Source: Candidatus Fibrimonas termitidis (GTDB lineage: Bacteria > Fibrobacterota > Fibrobacteria > Fibrobacterales > Fibrobacteraceae). Taken from it: DNA of 59,521 nucleotides. The notes below the pieces were generated by a model that had not been told where the DNA came from, ran no database searches, and saw only the letters and a program-made list of their open reading frames with translations. The position numbers and the translations under genes were made by a program. Positions 54,649 through 59,521 of the stretch are shown piece by piece. Location: assembly GCA_001462245.1 (NCBI GenBank), contig LIUG01000158.1:401-59921 (forward strand), read 5' to 3'. The first letter of the stretch is position 1; each line of letters starts with the position of its first letter.

Positions 54649-56967
54649 ATGCTAAGATCCCTAAATTCCGGTGTAACCGGGTTGGTGAACCACCAAACGC
54701 GCATGGATGTTATAGGTAATAACATCTCAAACGTCAACACAACCGGCTATAAAGGCCGCCGTACAACATTTACGGAGAGCTTCAGCCAACTCGTTAAAGG
54801 AGCGAGTAGGTCGGATAGCAAGGCTGGCGGCACGAACCCTATGCAAGTGGGTCTTGGCATGGGCGTAGGCTCCATAGATATGATAATGGGGCAGGGTAAT
54901 TTGCAGAATACCGGTCGTATTTTTGATATAGGCATAGAAGGAAATGCCTTTTTTGGCGTTTCGGACGGTGTGGGTACATATTATACCCGTTGCGGCGCTT
55001 TTCAGTTGGATTCCGAAGGCTATATAATTTTGCCTACAAACGGAATGGTGTTGCAAGGCAGAATGGCAGATACCATGGGCAATTTTCCTCCGGGCACAGC
55101 GATAGGCAATTTGCAAATTCCGCTGAACCAACAATCTCCGGCAAAGGCAACAACCCAAGTGGACATAGCACGCAACCTAAACTCAGACGGAGATGCAAAA
55201 GGCTCCGTTTCCAGCACCCAAAGACTACTGCACCCGGCAGATGGCAACCGTGCAGCAGGTTTTAATAGCGTTAATGATCCTGGGCGCACTTTAGACGATA
55301 CAAAACTGACTTCTTTATATGACGGCAATGGCGATGCGCTCAACATTAAAGCCGGGGATACTTTGAATTTATATTATTACTACGATAAATCGAATCCTCC
55401 GGGCACCGAGATAATACCGGGGGGCAATGGAGAAACACTTTCGCTTACAGTGATGGACTACACATTAGTGAATGGTGTTTTGCCGCCGCTAGGACCAAAT
55501 GAAGTTCGCAATTTAGATGATTTGATGCAGCAGATGGAAACTTTTTTGAATCGGAGAGCCCCCGGTGCTTCCCTCGGATTAAATGAAAGAGGAGAAATAG
55601 AAATAAGTGGCGTAGATGCAGATATTTATAATTTTACAGTTGGAAATCTGGATTCTCCCAAAAGCAATCCTCAGACGATGTGGTCATTTTTATCTTTTGG
55701 TTCCTACTTAGGACCCGGTGCCGGCAATGATGCTCCAAATGGCGATGTTGCTGGCAATGAAGCCAGATCAGGTGTTTTGCTACGCCCTGCGGAACAATAC
55801 GACATTTTGGGTAGAATTCTTGACAATCACGGAAAAGAACTGAACCTGGTGGACGGCGCAGCAATAAAAATTAACGGTTCGGTAGGCGAGAACAATATAG
55901 AATCCAATCCATTAATATTTTCAATAGGAACTGACGGTGACCTTGACGGTTACCCCGATCCTGATACAGCTACTTTGCTGGATGATTTAATATCTGAACT
56001 TCGCAACAGTTTAAGATTGCCTTATGATTTTGTGGATAAAGACAATCTATATTATCCAACCGTAGGACTAAAAACACCTAGCATCGGTGAAGACAGCATT
56101 CCGGAAGGAGCACTTGTAATTCGCGGCTTGGCCGGAAAAGCATTTTCTATCAATAATCTTACCATCACAGCAAAAAATCCCAACGGATCATCAATAACTC
56201 CGAATAACTTTATTTCGGTGATGGGCATAGATGTAAAAAGAGAAGCGAAAGATGTGGAAGAACCGCATACCGATATTACCGTTTACGATGAAAGCGGGGC
56301 AGCGCACGTGTTAAAGATGACTTTTGTGCATACCGGAAAAAACGGAGAATGGAGATGGCAAGCGAGTTTTGGCGGCAAAGAGATTATCACCCCGGGCACC
56401 GGTTCCGGAAGAGTGACCTTTGGGCAAGATGGCACAATCAGTTCTTGGACCTTTGACGATGGCGGTTCAACACTCCTTGTAGAGCCTGCAAACGGCGCAA
56501 AGCAAATGCGTATAAAGCTCAATGTGGGCGGCCCCGGCAATTGGAAGGGCATAACCCAAACGGATAACCCCTCAACCGTAAGCGCCCAAGGGCAGAATGG
56601 ATATTCGTCAGGCAACCTGATTGAGATAAGCATAGATGAGTTCGGTCTCATAGAAGGAGCTTTCTCAAACGGAACCTCCAAAAAGATAGCCCAAATTGTG
56701 GTTGTTGACTTTGCGAACCCCGGCGGTCTCTTAGACGTAGCGGACAGCATATTCACCACCTCAGGCAATTCCGGAGATCCGGTATGGGGCAATCCCGTAA
56801 ACCAGAGTTCTTCAAAATTAAGACCGGGCGCATTGGAAATGTCCAACATAGATTTATCCAACGAGTTCACCACCATGATAACCACCCAAAGAGGCTATCA
56901 AGCAAACAGCCGCATAATCACGGTTAGCGACTCATTGCTGGAAGAGTTGGTGAATTTGAAGAGATAA
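54649..56967 (+). CDS. flgE: flagellar hook protein FlgE (long form, 772 aa)
   Basis: N-terminus MLRSLNSGVTGLVNHQTRMDVIGNNISNVNTTGYK and C-terminus TTMITTQRGYQANSRIITVSDSLLEELVNLKR, with a large central insertion. Confidence 0.9.
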   Translation: MLRSLNSGVTGLVNHQTRMDVIGNNISNVNTTGYKGRRTTFTESFSQLVKGASRSDSKAGGTNPMQVGLGMGVGSIDMIMGQGNLQNTGRIFDIGIEGNAFFGVSDGVGTYYTRCGAFQLDSEGYIILPTNGMVLQGRMADTMGNFPPGTAIGNLQIPLNQQSPAKATTQVDIARNLNSDGDAKGSVSSTQRLLHPADGNRAAGFNSVNDPGRTLDDTKLTSLYDGNGDALNIKAGDTLNLYYYYDKSNPPGTEIIPGGNGETLSLTVMDYTLVNGVLPPLGPNEVRNLDDLMQQMETFLNRRAPGASLGLNERGEIEISGVDADIYNFTVGNLDSPKSNPQTMWSFLSFGSYLGPGAGNDAPNGDVAGNEARSGVLLRPAEQYDILGRILDNHGKELNLVDGAAIKINGSVGENNIESNPLIFSIGTDGDLDGYPDPDTATLLDDLISELRNSLRLPYDFVDKDNLYYPTVGLKTPSIGEDSIPEGALVIRGLAGKAFSINNLTITAKNPNGSSITPNNFISVMGIDVKREAKDVEEPHTDITVYDESGAAHVLKMTFVHTGKNGEWRWQASFGGKEIITPGTGSGRVTFGQDGTISSWTFDDGGSTLLVEPANGAKQMRIKLNVGGPGNWKGITQTDNPSTVSAQGQNGYSSGNLIEISIDEFGLIEGAFSNGTSKKIAQIVVVDFANPGGLLDVADSIFTTSGNSGDPVWGNPVNQSSSKLRPGALEMSNIDLSNEFTTMITTQRGYQANSRIITVSDSLLEELVNLKR

Positions 56968-56972
56968 TTTTT

Positions 56973-57000
56973 AGTGGTTAGTGATTAACCACTAACCACT
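56973..57000. repeat. 28-nt palindrome built from four heptamers (AGTGGTT AGTGATT AACCACT AACCACT); candidate bidirectional stem-loop
   Basis: AGTGGTTAGTG (56973-83) pairs with CACTAACCACT (56990-57000), with a 6-nt loop. Lies between convergent flgE and the radical SAM gene (whose stop 56992-94 is inside the 3' arm). No U-run on either strand. Confidence 0.6.
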
Positions 57001-59478
57001 CCCTAACTTCACAACGTTCAACGTCCTCGCCTCCTGCTCGCTAATTCCCAAAAGCCCGCCATAAATAGTAAACGGGCTAACTGTTACGCCTTGCTCATTG
57101 CATTTCACCGTGATATGCAAAGCATTCTCCGCTTCGTTTATTGAAAGAATATGCTCGTTTAGGTTTATGCTGTTGCCTCTGTGGTTTTGCACGGTGGGCA
57201 GTTCGTTTTTTTCCTTCTTCTGCGGCAAATCGCTTGGGTATTCGCCTAACATGCAGTAATTTATGGATTTTGGAACCTGCGCGGAAAGTTTTTCTTTGAG
57301 CGGTTCTATCAGGACAATCTCCAAGCCTTTTGGGAAACATGCGTTTATGGATTTGAATAAGTCCGCTTTGCCGTTTTCCAAATCGAGTTTTTCCAAAAGT
57401 TCAATTGAAATAACCTCGCAAAGGGACTCCAAGCCTAAGGGCAAAGCACCTGTATTTGTAATGCGGGGTTTGGGGCTAAAACCTTCGCTGAACTTGATTG
57501 GGATGCCGAGCCGGACAAAGGCTCTCTCAAAAAAAGAAAGGGTGTTTTGATGGGGCAAAAAACGGCTGTTGCCCATTTTTCTGAAAACAATTTTGTAGGC
57601 AAAAATTTTAGTTGCCGTGTGTATGCGGGCTTTTTGCAAAGCTTCTATTTCCTGCGGAGTTCTGGAAGGAGCGGCGTATTTTTCCGGAATTTTGCCGATT
57701 ACAGTGTCTTTTCCGTTTCCCGGAATTCCGCACGCTTGGCACTTACCGTGTTTGCAATTTTGCACCCATTCCGAATTGTGTGCGTTTTCCCACTCCCTCT
57801 GCAAAAATTTTTTGCTCACCCCTGCATCTATAATATCCCAAGGCAAATTTTCTTCCAAAGTAAACCCGTCAAAAACCCATTCATCGCTATAACCAAAATC
57901 GCTGCGAATTTTTTCCCATTCATTTGGGTTTAGATACTTGCTATCGCTCTCAAAAACAAGCCCTCTTTTGTATGCCTCGTAAATCAATGGTGCCAGATTG
58001 CGGCCGCCTCTGCTGTAAATCGCTTCTAAATGCGCTGTTTCCCAAGAGTTCCACGAAACTCGGACATTTTTATATTTGAATAAATTGTCCCTTAAAATTT
58101 TTATGCGGGCTATGGCGGTTTCCTTTTTTACAAAAGGTGCCCACTGGAGCGGAGTCCATGCCTTTGGAATAAAAATACCTACGCTCAAATTTATTTGGCA
58201 TTTTTTATTGTATCGCTTCCCGATTTCCAAAAGTTTTTCCGTGAGTTTCACCAATGCTAAAATATCTTCATCGGTTTCGGTTGGAAAACCTATCATTATG
58301 TACAGTTTTATTTTGTTAAAGCCGTTTTGAAAAGCACTCTCGGTCGCTTGCTCAATGTCGCTATCCGTGATGGTTTTGTTTATGAATTTGCGGAGCCGCT
58401 CCGAGCCTGTTTCCGGTGCGAATGTCGCGCTGCGCCCGCCCTTTAAAGCGTAAACCTTGTTCGCCAAACTCCCGCCAAAACTGCTAACCCTAAGCGACGG
58501 CAAAGATACATCGATGTTATCAAAAAAAGAATCGTCAATAAAGGCATCCAGCATATTTTCGATAGGGGAGTAGTCCGCTGTGGAAAGGGATAGAAGCCCG
58601 AGTTGGCGGTCTCCGGTTGCTTTGAGGCCTTCTTTTGCGATGTCTAAAACGTCGTCTGCGTTGAGTTCTCGTGTTGGTCTGTACCAATAACCCGCTTGGC
58701 AAAAACGGCAGCCTTGGGTGCAGCCTCGCATTACTTCTATGCAAAAACGGTCGTGCACAAGCGGCATATTCGCTATTAAATTTTTTGTCGGCAAAAATTC
58801 CCTTGTAAGTTTTTCAACGAAAATTCTTTTAACGGATTTTATTTCCTTGTGAATTGCCGGTACATAAAAACCATCCAGTTTTGCTATTTGCTCCAAAATT
58901 TCCGCCCTGTTTTTTTTCGCATTTTTCGCCTCGCCAATCAAGCGCAAAGCCTTTGGAGTTGCGAGTTCGCCATCACCTATGCAAAGGCAGTCAAAAAAAT
59001 CTGCGATGGGTTCGGGGTTTGCCATCGCCGGGCCTCCCCCTATGACTATCGGTTCGTTTTCCTTTCTATTTGCGGCAAAAGCGGAAATCTCTGCTAATTC
59101 CAAGATGTATGGAATATTTGTAAAATTGAGTTCGGTTTGCACGGTAATGCCAACCGCATCAAAGCTTTTCACTTCGCTGAAAGAGGCGTGTGTGTAAAGA
59201 GGGATGGAGTTTTCCTTCATCAATTTTGCTATGTCGTGCCAGGGTGCAAAAGCGACTTCGCACAGTAAATCCGCCTCTTTGTTTATGGCATTGTATAAAA
59301 CTCGCATCCCGTTATGCGACATTCCTATTTCGTAGAGATCGGGAAAAATCAAAGCCACGCTCGCAAGAACATCGGCCTTATCTTTTACCACGCTGTTCGC
59401 CTCGCCTCCCATATAGCGAGCCGGGCTTTCTGCAAAGGGCAAAATTTTGCCCAATTTCTCAGTTATTTGCAACGACAT
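56992..59478 (-). CDS. radical SAM protein, fused B12-binding-like/radical SAM (TIGR03960-like) and DUF2344 (TIGR03936-like) domains
   Basis: MRGCTQGCRFCQAGYW (CX3CX2C), an N-terminal flavodoxin-like region and a long C-terminal extension. ATG 59478 preferred; the MYIVPQ extension is translated promoter. Confidence 0.75.
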   Translation of the reverse strand: MSLQITEKLGKILPFAESPARYMGGEANSVVKDKADVLASVALIFPDLYEIGMSHNGMRVLYNAINKEADLLCEVAFAPWHDIAKLMKENSIPLYTHASFSEVKSFDAVGITVQTELNFTNIPYILELAEISAFAANRKENEPIVIGGGPAMANPEPIADFFDCLCIGDGELATPKALRLIGEAKNAKKNRAEILEQIAKLDGFYVPAIHKEIKSVKRIFVEKLTREFLPTKNLIANMPLVHDRFCIEVMRGCTQGCRFCQAGYWYRPTRELNADDVLDIAKEGLKATGDRQLGLLSLSTADYSPIENMLDAFIDDSFFDNIDVSLPSLRVSSFGGSLANKVYALKGGRSATFAPETGSERLRKFINKTITDSDIEQATESAFQNGFNKIKLYIMIGFPTETDEDILALVKLTEKLLEIGKRYNKKCQINLSVGIFIPKAWTPLQWAPFVKKETAIARIKILRDNLFKYKNVRVSWNSWETAHLEAIYSRGGRNLAPLIYEAYKRGLVFESDSKYLNPNEWEKIRSDFGYSDEWVFDGFTLEENLPWDIIDAGVSKKFLQREWENAHNSEWVQNCKHGKCQACGIPGNGKDTVIGKIPEKYAAPSRTPQEIEALQKARIHTATKIFAYKIVFRKMGNSRFLPHQNTLSFFERAFVRLGIPIKFSEGFSPKPRITNTGALPLGLESLCEVISIELLEKLDLENGKADLFKSINACFPKGLEIVLIEPLKEKLSAQVPKSINYCMLGEYPSDLPQKKEKNELPTVQNHRGNSINLNEHILSINEAENALHITVKCNEQGVTVSPFTIYGGLLGISEQEARTLNVVKLGSG

Positions 59479-59487
59479 TTGAGGCAC

Positions 59488-59497
59488 AATATACAAA
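59488..59497 (-). promoter_or_regulatory. -10-like element TTTGTATATT, 9 nt before ATG 59478
   Basis: Minus strand reads TTTGTATATT-GTGCCTCAA-ATG. Confidence 0.45.
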
Positions 59498-59521
59498 CTG
59501 TTTGTCTGAACCCCGATACCC

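Overview
This 59.5-kb window is a gene-dense chromosomal segment with about 60 protein genes plus RNase P RNA. I saw no transposase, integrase, CRISPR array, rRNA or tRNA. Most genes are housekeeping: uvrA, lexA, pnp, rpsO, greA, nrdR, miaA, tsaD, dprA, folB, serC, thrH, ppiB, manC, dapA and a short FCB-type sigma-70. Flagellar genes are dispersed among them: flgB-flgC-ORF-fliE, a lone fliN, and flgE next to a sigma-54 activator. There are also many predicted secreted or outer-membrane proteins and two proteins carrying the Fibrobacter-type paralogous domain. This gene content suggests a flagellated Fibrobacterota/FCB-like organism, but that is inference only. The most notable signals are not in the supplied ORF track. 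(1) A 26-codon, nearly leaderless leader ORF ends in Cys-Cys-Cys. Its poly-Cys codons form the 3' arm of a hairpin plus T-run, directly upstream of a sulfite reductase-TusA-ThiS-E1-JAMM operon. This looks like a cysteine-sensing attenuator. (2) Heptanucleotide tandem arrays occur at several loci. (GAGTTGA)n arrays act as all-frame stop/start cassettes at four gene junctions. The same unit in the opposite orientation is translated in-frame inside tsaD and miaA. A G-rich GGGTATR array lies in dprA and upstream of a hemerythrin promoter, and a palindrome built from heptamers follows flgE. (3) A T-rich extended -10 motif (TTTACTATATT / TTTCTACATT) sits 5-9 nt from many start codons and just upstream of the RNase P RNA 5' end, implying widespread leaderless mRNAs. 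(4) Three perfect TTGACA-N17-TATATT promoters each abut a perfect tandem duplication. (5) A three-gene secreted operon has a first protein carrying a clan-CD-like (caspase/gingipain-type) His-Gly...Ala-Cys dyad. (6) Two identical sigma-54 promoters drive flgB and flgE, next to an activator that lacks any regulatory domain. All functional calls come from reading motifs by eye; no database search was possible.
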